From the IMG/VR virus record IMGVR_UViG_3300035529_000070, positions 1 to 58,113 of that record: DNA of 58,113 bases, one strand, 5' to 3'. Origin of the DNA: a virus. Each line of letters starts with the position of its first letter. Position 1 is the first letter of the stretch. Below are positions 24,609-34,168 of this stretch, one piece after another. The notes beneath the pieces are model-generated. The model worked only from the letters and a program-made list of their open reading frames with translations. It was not told the DNA's origin and searched no databases. Position numbers and translations under genes: made by a program.

Positions 24609-26567
24609 TTACATCTTAAAGGTTATCAAGTAATTGTAGCTCAAATATGCTCCAGTTGGGTTTGTCACCTTGATTCTTCTTCTTTTTCTTTCTATTCCAT
24701 TTTCGTCGTAGTATACTTCTTCATCATCGCCTTGTATTGGTAGTCCTCCGCCTTCTATATCTCCTACAACTGTAATGTGCACGAAGTCTATATTATCGTA
24801 TGGTAGAAGGTAACTTTCTCCAGGGCCAAGTGTTTTTGTTCCTATTCTGATCTGGGTTGGGACCATGCTATCTTTGTTACCGTTATCATGGTATATATTC
24901 AATCCAGATACATATTTATCTTCCTCAGCCACATTTCTTTTATCCCTGAAAGTCTCAACCATTTCTTCTTTCTTGTAGTATCTTTCATCATGGTCGTGCC
25001 CTTCCAAAGCAAATTCGTCTATTTCCTTTCCACCCAGCCTATAAGAGGCAACTGCCCTATCTTCTTTAGATAGGTAGTGTATTTCATTACCATCTTCATC
25101 GTAATGGCTTTTGTGTCCTTTTAAGGCAAAGTCATCCATACCATATGTTCCTCCGCTTATGTTGTCATAGAATTTCTTAGCTCCTATAGGTATGTCTGTT
25201 TCCTGCATTAATACACTATCATGGTTGTGCCCTATTTCTGCAAAGTCATCTGTTGTGTATAGCCTAAAAAAAGAGCCTTCAACTTTGTCGCTTAAGTATG
25301 GTATTCCTTCTACATATTCTACACTTGATTGTTCTTTTGTGTTTGTCAATTGTTCCAATATTCCTTTTAACTCTGCCTCTTCTACTTTTTCCCCTAACAG
25401 AAATTCTGCATCTATATCTGCCAAATCTTCAATCCTGGCATATCCCTGCCTATCGTGGTTATGATCGGTTGATGCAAAGTCATCTGGGAAGTATCTTTCA
25501 CCTGTATTTTTGTCTATTAAATACTGAACATTTTTTACAGGATCTGTTGTCCTTAAGTATTTAGAATGGCTATCCAATATATCTTCATGCCCAACTACCG
25601 CTATATCATCTGCCGAATGGGGTTCTTCATTTTCATCCAGTATGTAATCAGCGTATTGTGCTTCCGGCACTATATATTTTATACCATTTAACGGTTGGTC
25701 ATTGAGTATAGCGTTTCTTTTGCCTTCGTTGCTATCTGAACTTGCATTCATTATATTCATATTCAAGGCCAGGTCATCTGCCCATTTGCTCATTTGATCT
25801 ATATCTACTTCATTCAATTTGTCAAAATCTACAATACCATAGATAGTTTCGCCAAACCTTATTATATCATTAGATAACTCTTCAGCCTCTGCCGTCCTGT
25901 TTTCCATCACCATATGCATTGCATACTTTTGCCCCAATAACCCTACAATAATCTTAGAATATTCCTTTATTAAATCGTCTTTTTTAGCCATGTTATATAT
26001 AGCCTTTAAGGCATTGTATTCTCCTATCCCCTGTACATCAATATCTTTATTCCATGCCTTATGGTGTTCCTTTACAAACACCCTTGCAGAGAAGATTGTA
26101 GCCAATAAGAAGAAGTCTTCAATTAGCTCTGCCCTGTAACTTCCACCGAACCTGTTAACATTTAGTGAATTTTCCCACATGTTTTCATATACATATGGTG
26201 CAATGCCTGTATTATCTGATGTTTGAGTGCCATAGAAATTCTGTATAAGCTCAGCAAAAAAGAAACAGGCTACATAAGTCTGTTTATCGGTATTTTGAGC
26301 ATAATCTTTTGTACCCGTGATTACTTCCTTAATTTCGATTAACAGTTCTTTGAAAGATAGACCATCAGGACTGTTGAGGGGATGTTCATTTGGAAGATGG
26401 GACAAGAAGGTATTTAAATAGCCCTGTATTGAGCCTTTATTATAATTATCTAATATATATTGGATTGCTTGTTTAATAGCCTGGTAAGTCAATTTAGTGG
26501 CAACTGAATTCATTTTAGGGATATAAACTTTAAATGGATCTGTTGTGTTTATATATTGGTTAAGCAT
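24609..26567 (-). CDS. 652-aa protein with HxH(D) repeats (tail-fibre-like)
   Basis: FASTDHNHD, FAEIGHNHD, FALKGHKSH and FALEGHDHDERY repeats. Confidence 0.6.
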   Translation of the reverse strand: MLNQYINTTDPFKVYIPKMNSVATKLTYQAIKQAIQYILDNYNKGSIQGYLNTFLSHLPNEHPLNSPDGLSFKELLIEIKEVITGTKDYAQNTDKQTYVACFFFAELIQNFYGTQTSDNTGIAPYVYENMWENSLNVNRFGGSYRAELIEDFFLLATIFSARVFVKEHHKAWNKDIDVQGIGEYNALKAIYNMAKKDDLIKEYSKIIVGLLGQKYAMHMVMENRTAEAEELSNDIIRFGETIYGIVDFDKLNEVDIDQMSKWADDLALNMNIMNASSDSNEGKRNAILNDQPLNGIKYIVPEAQYADYILDENEEPHSADDIAVVGHEDILDSHSKYLRTTDPVKNVQYLIDKNTGERYFPDDFASTDHNHDRQGYARIEDLADIDAEFLLGEKVEEAELKGILEQLTNTKEQSSVEYVEGIPYLSDKVEGSFFRLYTTDDFAEIGHNHDSVLMQETDIPIGAKKFYDNISGGTYGMDDFALKGHKSHYDEDGNEIHYLSKEDRAVASYRLGGKEIDEFALEGHDHDERYYKKEEMVETFRDKRNVAEEDKYVSGLNIYHDNGNKDSMVPTQIRIGTKTLGPGESYLLPYDNIDFVHITVVGDIEGGGLPIQGDDEEVYYDENGIERKRRRIKVTNPTGAYLSYNYLITFKM

Positions 26568-26706
26568 TGGATCACTTCCCTCCTATAATATAAAGAAATT
26601 ATATCATGTTTCAAAAAGTAGAATAGTTAAGTAAAATATAAACATATATTGGTATATATTATATGTTAAGTAATGGGTAGTATTAAATAAATAAGGAGGA
26701 GATAAA

Positions 26707-27081
26707 ATGGATTTAGAGAAAAAAGTAGAGGAAGTGTTGTCGTCTTTTTCTATGTATAATTGGGATAGAGTAAAAGTAGATGGGGAAGTAATTACTTTTC
26801 CTAAAGAAGTATATAACCATAAATTGGAAGAAAGTTTAAATGGTGAAGATGGAGATATAATTGGGAAGAGAATAATGGAAGAAATGACTACCCTCGAGGA
26901 ATTTTCAAAGGTTGTGAAAAGGTCTGTATCAAATATCACCACGGATATATCTGTTTCAATTAATTATAAGAAGTTATTAGAAAAATGGGTAGCTAGTAAA
27001 ATGAGGGAATATCTATACAGTGTAATGCCTGATATATATAAAAAGTATGGGCATGCGATATTAAAGGAGTTGTTGAAATGA
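26707..27081 (+). CDS. C-terminal-motif family member 1
   Basis: Ends LYSVMPDIYKKYGHAILKELLK. Confidence 0.8.
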   Translation: MDLEKKVEEVLSSFSMYNWDRVKVDGEVITFPKEVYNHKLEESLNGEDGDIIGKRIMEEMTTLEEFSKVVKRSVSNITTDISVSINYKKLLEKWVASKMREYLYSVMPDIYKKYGHAILKELLK

Positions 27082-27209
27082 GTGATTTTAACCAATTTAA
27101 AGACAGAATAAATTCAGTTGTTTGCTGTGTTTTATATGAGAAATATCCCAATATGTATAAACATTATGACGGGAATATACTTAAATCAAGATTGGAGGAG
27201 ACAAAATGA
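27078..27209 (+). CDS. 43-aa minimal family member 2 (essentially motif only)
   Basis: Hand-translated MSDFNQFKDRINSVVCCVLYEKYPNMYKHYDGNILKSRLEETK; ATGA overlaps at both ends; aaggag RBS. Confidence 0.75.
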   Translation: MSDFNQFKDRINSVVCCVLYEKYPNMYKHYDGNILKSRLEETK

Positions 27210-27775
27210 GTATAACTAATTATAAATCAGAAAATGAAATTTTTAAAAATGTCCATAATTTAATGGAACAAATATCTGCAATTCAAGACGATAGAGATAA
27301 TCATATTATAAGTGAGAAAGAATATGATTCTAAATTGAGAACATATCTATATAAAATAATAGATGAATTTGAGCTAAACGATTGGGGAAGTACACAAGGT
27401 ACTATCTTTCAAAGTGTACCTATCCCTGGATATATGAGAAATAGATATATAGAAAAGTTGTCTATATATGGTGTGATTTTTGAAGATGAATTAAAACCAG
27501 AATTAACAAACTATATTTTAACAGAATTGATAGATTTAATAATTAAAGAGTTCGATAAAGTTGTTGAGACTATCGCAGTTAAATATAATGGCACAACCAA
27601 TGATGTATATGAATCTAAAAGTGATGAAACAAAAGAGCCTGAAATGTATTTAAGAAATTTTATAGAATTTCATATATGGGTAGTATTATATAAAACTATT
27701 CCAAATATTTATAAGTTGAATGGACATAAAATATTGAACTTTAAACTGGCAAATTATAAGAGATACATATCATGA
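27206..27775 (+). CDS. C-terminal-motif family member 3
   Basis: LYKTIPNIYKLNGHKILNFKL. Confidence 0.8.
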   Translation: MSITNYKSENEIFKNVHNLMEQISAIQDDRDNHIISEKEYDSKLRTYLYKIIDEFELNDWGSTQGTIFQSVPIPGYMRNRYIEKLSIYGVIFEDELKPELTNYILTELIDLIIKEFDKVVETIAVKYNGTTNDVYESKSDETKEPEMYLRNFIEFHIWVVLYKTIPNIYKLNGHKILNFKLANYKRYIS

Positions 27776-28350
27776 GTAGAAAACAAAAACAACAGTTAGT
27801 AGCTATGCAACAATATAAAATTCCAGTATCTGCTTCTTTGGAAAAGCTATTGAATAATATAACAGATACTAATGATAATAGTATTAATTCTTTTACATCA
27901 AAAAAATATATAAAAAAGTATGCCAAAGATGTATTTGTAAATTTTGTCAGGTTGAACTTTATAACACATAATGAATATGCTATAACCGGATTTGGATCAG
28001 CAGGGCTAACCCATAAAAAATCGTATATATCTATAATATATTCCAGCAAATTTTTGCAAGATTTAAATAAAATAAATAAAACAACTCAGGATATGGGTGT
28101 AAAGTTCAAAATAGATTTACTCTACCATGCCTTTATGAAACAATTGATAAAAGATTTCCCTGTATTAGCGTATAATATAAGAAAAATTATAGAGAAAAAA
28201 AGATTAATTCTTACACCAGAATTAGAGATGCCAGTGACTTACGGTCAAGCCATACATGACTTTTTCTCATTTATGTACAACGTAATGCCAAATATTTATA
28301 AGCAATATGGGCATGAATTGCTACATCTTAGGATTAAATTCTCAAAGTAA
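27772..28350 (+). CDS. C-terminal-motif family member 4
   Basis: MYNVMPNIYKQYGHELLHLRI. Confidence 0.8.
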   Translation: MSRKQKQQLVAMQQYKIPVSASLEKLLNNITDTNDNSINSFTSKKYIKKYAKDVFVNFVRLNFITHNEYAITGFGSAGLTHKKSYISIIYSSKFLQDLNKINKTTQDMGVKFKIDLLYHAFMKQLIKDFPVLAYNIRKIIEKKRLILTPELEMPVTYGQAIHDFFSFMYNVMPNIYKQYGHELLHLRIKFSK

Positions 28351-28416
28351 ATGATGGTATCATTCACAATTCTGATGGACACGATTGATTGAAATTGAAA
28401 TTAAAAGGAGACTTTA

Positions 28417-29022
28417 ATGATGATAAAAAGTTTATTCAAAACAGATGACTTTTGGGTTAGGTTTAAATATTATACAAATGATATTAGTCATGCAGAACTT
28501 AATCAAAAAATTTCAGAAAATGTAAAGGATTTGGAGATATATAAAATTGGTAAAGAAACTAAAAACCCTATCGCAATGCAAGCAATCATTCACTATAATG
28601 TTCAAAAAGATGTATTTACTTTGCCATGTAATATAATATTATATTCACTCATGACATTGGATGATTGGGCAAAAAAGGGCATAGAACTAACTACAAGAGA
28701 ATGGATAATAAACGAAATAAGATATACTAATGACTTTATTAAAAATGAAAAACTTACATTCAATAGTATATACGATGATTACTTCAAATCATTTTTAAAA
28801 CTCTTGAATAGTGGAGTTGTGGAAAATAAAATAATTCGTAAAATGCATAACCAATTTACAAATGATCTCCGCCCAGTATTTAAAGATAAGAAAGATGAAG
28901 AAAAAGAACTCGTAATTTTATTTGAAAATATGTTATTGAAAGATCTATATATGGTTAAACCAGATTTTTACAAAAAATATGAAACGGAGTTTTTGAAATA
29001 TAGACTTAAAAGGAGGGGTTAG
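28417..29022 (+). CDS. C-terminal-motif family member 5
   Basis: LYMVKPDFYKKYETEFLKYRL. Confidence 0.8.
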   Translation: MMIKSLFKTDDFWVRFKYYTNDISHAELNQKISENVKDLEIYKIGKETKNPIAMQAIIHYNVQKDVFTLPCNIILYSLMTLDDWAKKGIELTTREWIINEIRYTNDFIKNEKLTFNSIYDDYFKSFLKLLNSGVVENKIIRKMHNQFTNDLRPVFKDKKDEEKELVILFENMLLKDLYMVKPDFYKKYETEFLKYRLKRRG

Positions 29023-29604
29023 ATGCAAAAAATAGAAAGAAAGAAAGTGTTTGCAGTGTTGAATGATATAGATAATACCAAAAAGACTAAAGAACATATT
29101 ACATTTTCTGGACGTATTGCACAATATATACTTGATGATGAAATCACTAGGTTGAAAAAAGGAATACAACAATTCAATTTTTATTTGAGATTAAACGAAG
29201 ATAAAACTCAGATAAAAGGCCAAACGGTTGTTTTTTATAGAGGATTAGATGCTTTGAGACTATTGAAGAAAATGCTTTTAGATGACAAATACGCTTCACT
29301 ATTAGATTCCTATGATTATACCATTGTTAAAAAATTGAGAAATAAACATGTAGATTCTAGTATATTCGAAGATTTAGAAAACTTTTTTTTCATGAAATAT
29401 ATAGAACATAGGCTATCTAACAATTTATCTAATGAGATTATAAATCAAATTAATAATATTAGCGAACTACGTTTAATACCATCAAGACAATTGGCAAGAC
29501 AATTTATGAACATTTTGGATAATCATATGTACACCTTAATGCCAGATGAATACAAAAAAATTGGTTCTTTACTGCTAGTACACAAATTGGAAGAAGGTTT
29601 ATGA
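29023..29604 (+). CDS. C-terminal-motif family member 6
   Basis: MYTLMPDEYKKIGSLLLVHKL. Confidence 0.8.
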   Translation: MQKIERKKVFAVLNDIDNTKKTKEHITFSGRIAQYILDDEITRLKKGIQQFNFYLRLNEDKTQIKGQTVVFYRGLDALRLLKKMLLDDKYASLLDSYDYTIVKKLRNKHVDSSIFEDLENFFFMKYIEHRLSNNLSNEIINQINNISELRLIPSRQLARQFMNILDNHMYTLMPDEYKKIGSLLLVHKLEEGL

Positions 29605-29658
29605 TGCCTACAGTCAATGTTGCGTTTTTTCCGCTTAAATTAGAAAGGGGATTTTATA

Positions 29659-30273
29659 ATGTTTAATAAAGAACCTATTTATATTTATATGGATTATGTG
29701 GGATCTTCAAAAGTGTCTTTTAAAGAATATCTTTCTGGTGATATAGCTCGTTTGGCATTTAGATTCGCCAAATGGATTAAAAACGATGAAATCGATGAAG
29801 TGTTTAATAGAGCTATTAACTTTCATATAACTTACGAACGAAAGAGAAAAGGTATATCAAACATTATAGTTGGATATGAAAAAATGGAAGCAGCAGATTT
29901 TTTAATAAAAGCAATAACTCAGAAAGATTTTTTAAAAGACTCTGAATCTTGGAAAGATTTTTTAGATACAGTTAATGTCATTGAACTGAAATACAATAAT
30001 GAAAATATTATAGATATTTTAAACGACGTTAAAACCAAATCAGTAGAAGAGTTCTTGCTATTTGCACAACAAAAAACACGAAATAACGAAACTGAATTAG
30101 ATCGAGCTATATCTGATGCATTTACTAGAAGATTCTCACCCTTCGAGCCAACTTCTGAAAATAAACGACTTGTCTTTTATTCTATTATAAGATACTTTTT
30201 TGAAAGGTTCCCTGATTACTATAAGCAATTTGGCAAAGAATTTCTACTAATCCAGCTAAATAAAAACATGTGA
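29659..30273 (+). CDS. C-terminal-motif family member 7
   Basis: FFERFPDYYKQFGKEFLLIQL. Confidence 0.8.
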   Translation: MFNKEPIYIYMDYVGSSKVSFKEYLSGDIARLAFRFAKWIKNDEIDEVFNRAINFHITYERKRKGISNIIVGYEKMEAADFLIKAITQKDFLKDSESWKDFLDTVNVIELKYNNENIIDILNDVKTKSVEEFLLFAQQKTRNNETELDRAISDAFTRRFSPFEPTSENKRLVFYSIIRYFFERFPDYYKQFGKEFLLIQLNKNM

Positions 30274-30310
30274 TTTTTGGTATATGTAAGACATTAGGAG
30301 GTGTTATTTG

Positions 30311-30892
30311 ATGAAACGAAAAATAGAACATGAAATATTTCCATTAGAAAATCGTGAACTTCCTTTACCAACAGAAGTTTTGCAGTCTTATAATGTATTA
30401 AAAAATATTTATAATTCTCGTTATCAACCAGACCAAATAGAAGATATAAAAAGCAAATGGTTATACTTCAAATCAAAAATTTCTAATTCATTCTCAGAAA
30501 GAATAGGGTATACTAAGTCTACAGTGATAACAACTAATAAGTATTTGAAAACGTTTTATGTATATAAGTATAATCCAAATTATCATGCTAGTAAATATAA
30601 AAATGAATATATGACAGACTTAATAGGGAACTTAGAAAAAGAGTATTTCGAAGATTTTATACAAAACTGGAGAAATTGGCAGTCTGTTTTAATAAATTCA
30701 ATAGATGAATTTGGGGATATATATAGACCAGGCAAACGTGATAATTCTCAAAGATTAAAATTAATATATACAGATATAGTGAATCAATCTTTTAAGAAAT
30801 TCTATAATTGTTGTCCTGATACATATAAGAAAAATGAATCAGATTTATTAAATATAAGATTAATAGCTTTGAAGGAGAATAAATATGTTTGA
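30311..30892 (+). CDS. C-terminal-motif family member 8
   Basis: FYNCCPDTYKKNESDLLNIRL. Confidence 0.8.
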   Translation: MKRKIEHEIFPLENRELPLPTEVLQSYNVLKNIYNSRYQPDQIEDIKSKWLYFKSKISNSFSERIGYTKSTVITTNKYLKTFYVYKYNPNYHASKYKNEYMTDLIGNLEKEYFEDFIQNWRNWQSVLINSIDEFGDIYRPGKRDNSQRLKLIYTDIVNQSFKKFYNCCPDTYKKNESDLLNIRLIALKENKYV

Positions 30893-31092
30893 TGTATATC
30901 CATTTTATATGAATATAATAGAGATAGTTGTATAGCTCATGAAACTGAATTGTTCTTATCATAATTAAAAGGGTAAAGATAAAAAACATCAAAATCTAAC
31001 GTTGTATAAGGCCATAATAAATATTTTTATATAATTTTAGTATAATCTATCATGAATAAACTATAACGTCTTAGAGGGCAAATAAAAGAGAG

Positions 31093-31833
31093 GTGATAAA
31101 AATCAATTTAGAAGAATTTAAACCCGAATGGACAATTAAAAAATTAACTGCAGGATTCAACGCTCCAAACAGTTCTAATAGTGCAGAAGTTGATAGAGTT
31201 AAAAAAAATATTTTAATATTTGGGGACAATATACAATTTAATGCACATCATTCCCTAATAGATTTTTTTAAGAAGAAAGCTACATTACAAAGAATAGAAA
31301 ACTTTTATTATATCATTCATACACAACATATAAATACAGATGGCGATTGCATTGACAAAACAATCAAATATCTGAAAGCAATGTTTGAAATTACATTATA
31401 TTATGACAAACCTGAATACAAATTAGCTCAAAAAACTCTACAACCTCATCATGCACATAAGATGTATAAAACATTAAATAGCAACAAAAATATAGCAGAA
31501 AGAGAGAGATTCTTAAATGATATAGCAAATTATATTTTAGCTAGAGAAATTAAAAATGTATATAGTTATATGTTTATAGATAAAGATACAATAGAAGAAT
31601 ATAAACAAGCTATTATTTCGGCAAGGGAAAGCTATAAAATAAATGTATTACCCAACGAAAAAACTTTAGCTAAAGATACAAAAATGGCATTCCACTATTA
31701 TACCAAGATCGTTCAATCTTATTTCCCAAAATATATAGAGGAGAATTACAATATTATATTTGAAAGGATGTTAGGTTTCAATAAAATAATAAAGGAAAGT
31801 GAGGAGATATTATATGCCAATATTAGAAATTAA
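31093..31833 (+). CDS. hypothetical protein, possible diverged family member
   Basis: VQSYFPKYIEENYNIIFERML near the C-terminus. Confidence 0.7.
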   Translation: MIKINLEEFKPEWTIKKLTAGFNAPNSSNSAEVDRVKKNILIFGDNIQFNAHHSLIDFFKKKATLQRIENFYYIIHTQHINTDGDCIDKTIKYLKAMFEITLYYDKPEYKLAQKTLQPHHAHKMYKTLNSNKNIAERERFLNDIANYILAREIKNVYSYMFIDKDTIEEYKQAIISARESYKINVLPNEKTLAKDTKMAFHYYTKIVQSYFPKYIEENYNIIFERMLGFNKIIKESEEILYANIRN

Positions 31834-32314
31834 CCAAGAGTATAAAGAATACTTAGGTGCTAAATTAGAAAAAGTTCTATCCATATTATTTGTAAAATAT
31901 ACAGAAGAGAAAATAACTATGAAAGAAGCTCTCATGGAAATATATAATTTGTTTGAACAAGATTATATAAAATATTTTGAACATCCAGAATATTTTACCA
32001 AAAATATCACACGAAGTATTTTAAATGTCAGACACAGAACAGATTATACAACAAATACCGTAGCAGTAAATCTTATGAAATTACTTAAAACAGCATATGA
32101 AATTAACCCTGAATACTATTCGAAATTTATTAAATCTTTGATCAATGATTTTAGGCAATTAGAACAGAAATTCAAAAAGCCTATTGAAATATCAGAAATA
32201 ACTATTTCTTCTTTAGAAAACGATTTATTTTTGAACAGAATTTATAATAACAATATATTTGTCAATTACGGTACACCAAAAGAATTTTTAAATACATTTA
32301 AAAGATTAATTTAG
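31814..32314 (+). CDS. hypothetical protein with (Y/F)xEHPE motif
   Basis: gaggag RBS; KYFEHPEY; AYEINPEYYSKF. Confidence 0.7.
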   Translation: MPILEINQEYKEYLGAKLEKVLSILFVKYTEEKITMKEALMEIYNLFEQDYIKYFEHPEYFTKNITRSILNVRHRTDYTTNTVAVNLMKLLKTAYEINPEYYSKFIKSLINDFRQLEQKFKKPIEISEITISSLENDLFLNRIYNNNIFVNYGTPKEFLNTFKRLI

Positions 32315-32325
32315 GAGGGAGGAAT

Positions 32326-32940
32326 ATGCTTTGGAAACATCCAGAACATTTTAAAGATTTAAATGAAGAAATAAAAAATGAAATAAAAGATAATAAAATA
32401 AATATTTCTAAATATATTGAACATCCTGAACAGCTACATAATGAAAGCCAAGTTATAATTATATTATTGAAAAGGTTATTAACTTCTTTATCAAATACTG
32501 GTCCATCAGCTTTATCCAGGGATCCTGATTATGAAGCTATAGCAAACTTCCTTGCCTTTGAAGGAGAGTTTGAATCTAATATATTTGCTACATATTCAAT
32601 TTTAAAAAATTTGGAAATTATAAATGAAATATTTGATTTAGAAAAAGATCCCCAACGTTTCAATATTTTTAGATTGATATATAACAGCATATATAAATTC
32701 AAAGATCATGATCAATTACACTACATAAACAATAAATATGTATCTGTGTATAAGTGGTATTTAAAAGCATTGTCTTCAACCTACATAGAGAATAAGTTGT
32801 TTGAAATATACGTTTCCAATGATAAGAAGGGATATAAAGCAGAAAACAAAAAAACATTTATGAAACTAATTAAATTATTGAACAACGGAGATCTAACAAA
32901 CAAATTAATTCAAAAGGATATAGAGGAGGGGAAAAAATGA
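32326..32940 (+). CDS. hypothetical protein with EHPE motif
   Basis: ggagg RBS; WKHPEH and KYIEHPEQ. Confidence 0.75.
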   Translation: MLWKHPEHFKDLNEEIKNEIKDNKINISKYIEHPEQLHNESQVIIILLKRLLTSLSNTGPSALSRDPDYEAIANFLAFEGEFESNIFATYSILKNLEIINEIFDLEKDPQRFNIFRLIYNSIYKFKDHDQLHYINNKYVSVYKWYLKALSSTYIENKLFEIYVSNDKKGYKAENKKTFMKLIKLLNNGDLTNKLIQKDIEEGKK

Positions 32941-33272
32941 AAATTTTCTTAGAAAGCATTACAAATAATGAAGAATTAGAAGAAAAAATAAAATATACAG
33001 TAGAACATCCAGATAATGTACATTTAAACATATTATGTGAAAACATAAAAAACTATTTGTTGAATGTTCCCAATATAAAACCCTCTATTAAAATATTGCA
33101 AAAATATCCATCGTTCAACAAAAAATTCATAGATTACACAATAAAAAATGTTTTTTCACAGCCTATAAATGATATCAAAAACGGATATGAAATAAAAAAA
33201 TTATTGAGTAAAAGCCCAGAATATTTTTATGAGGGAGCTAAAAAACGGTTTGAAGTATTATGCGGATTATAA
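32937..33272 (+). CDS. hypothetical protein with EHPD motif
   Basis: ATGA overlap; YTVEHPDN; LLSKSPEYFY. Confidence 0.7.
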   Translation: MKIFLESITNNEELEEKIKYTVEHPDNVHLNILCENIKNYLLNVPNIKPSIKILQKYPSFNKKFIDYTIKNVFSQPINDIKNGYEIKKLLSKSPEYFYEGAKKRFEVLCGL

Positions 33273-33358
33273 GAAAATAGCTACTACCTTTATTGGTAGT
33301 AGCCTTTTTTTTACCCACACATATCTTAAAGGAGAAATGAAAAAGCATCAGTATCTAA

Positions 33359-33490
33359 TTGACTTTTGCCTGTTCTGATGGTACAATTATTATGTAGTTG
33401 CATTTAGTCATCGGCGTACATCTTCTTTTTAATATCGAAGACATCCGCCACTCCAAGTCAAAGCAGGGGAATAAAGTCCCCTGTTTTTTT
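33359..33490 (+). ncRNA. candidate ~95-nt small RNA unit
   Basis: TTGACT-17-TACAAT with extended TG; no RBS or ORF; terminator cagggga/tcccctg plus T-run. Confidence 0.5.
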
Positions 33491-33491
33491 A

Positions 33492-33926
33492 TTATATAAT
33501 AATCATCTCTCTCAATTCATTCAAATCTGTTTCTAATAATTTATAAGATAAAGGAACTTCTTCTTTATTTTTCAATTCTGATCTCAATCTGCTTAACAAA
33601 ATGCCGCCCATAATTTTCATTTGTAGTGCCTTTTCTTCCAATTCAGCTTCTTCTTTTAAATTAATATGTTTTTTCATATTTATCTTATTATAATCTTTAT
33701 AGGCTTTTATAAAATCATCTAAAGCCATCACAGCTTCATCTATATATGTTTGAATATTAGCATTTTTCATCACTAGATTTCTTAAATTTTGATAAGAACT
33801 TTTTAAAATTTCTTCTCTTGTCATATCATCCAATCCTGATCTTTCCTTTTTATAAGCTGTAAACAAATCTATAAATAACAATATAAAAAAAAATACCAAC
33901 ATTATATTTAGAGTGACTATATCCAT
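33492..33926 (-). CDS. membrane-anchored helical protein
   Basis: gggaggg RBS; N-terminal TM helix. Confidence 0.7.
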   Translation of the reverse strand: MDIVTLNIMLVFFFILLFIDLFTAYKKERSGLDDMTREEILKSSYQNLRNLVMKNANIQTYIDEAVMALDDFIKAYKDYNKINMKKHINLKEEAELEEKALQMKIMGGILLSRLRSELKNKEEVPLSYKLLETDLNELREMIII

Positions 33927-34168
33927 TTTTATCCCTCCCATATCATAATAAATTATACCATCCTTTTCTTTCAACTAAAGTTTTATAAAATTCTATTTTA
34001 AACGGACAACACTTATAATAAGTTCGCTTTATTATGATTGGTTTGATTGAAGCACCTTATTTTTCATATTTTATATATTATGGTAAAAGAAAACCCCCAC
34101 TTTTAAAAAGTAGGGGCTGACCACAGAACTACAAAAGGGGAAACCAGACTCATATAAGGGGGACCTTA

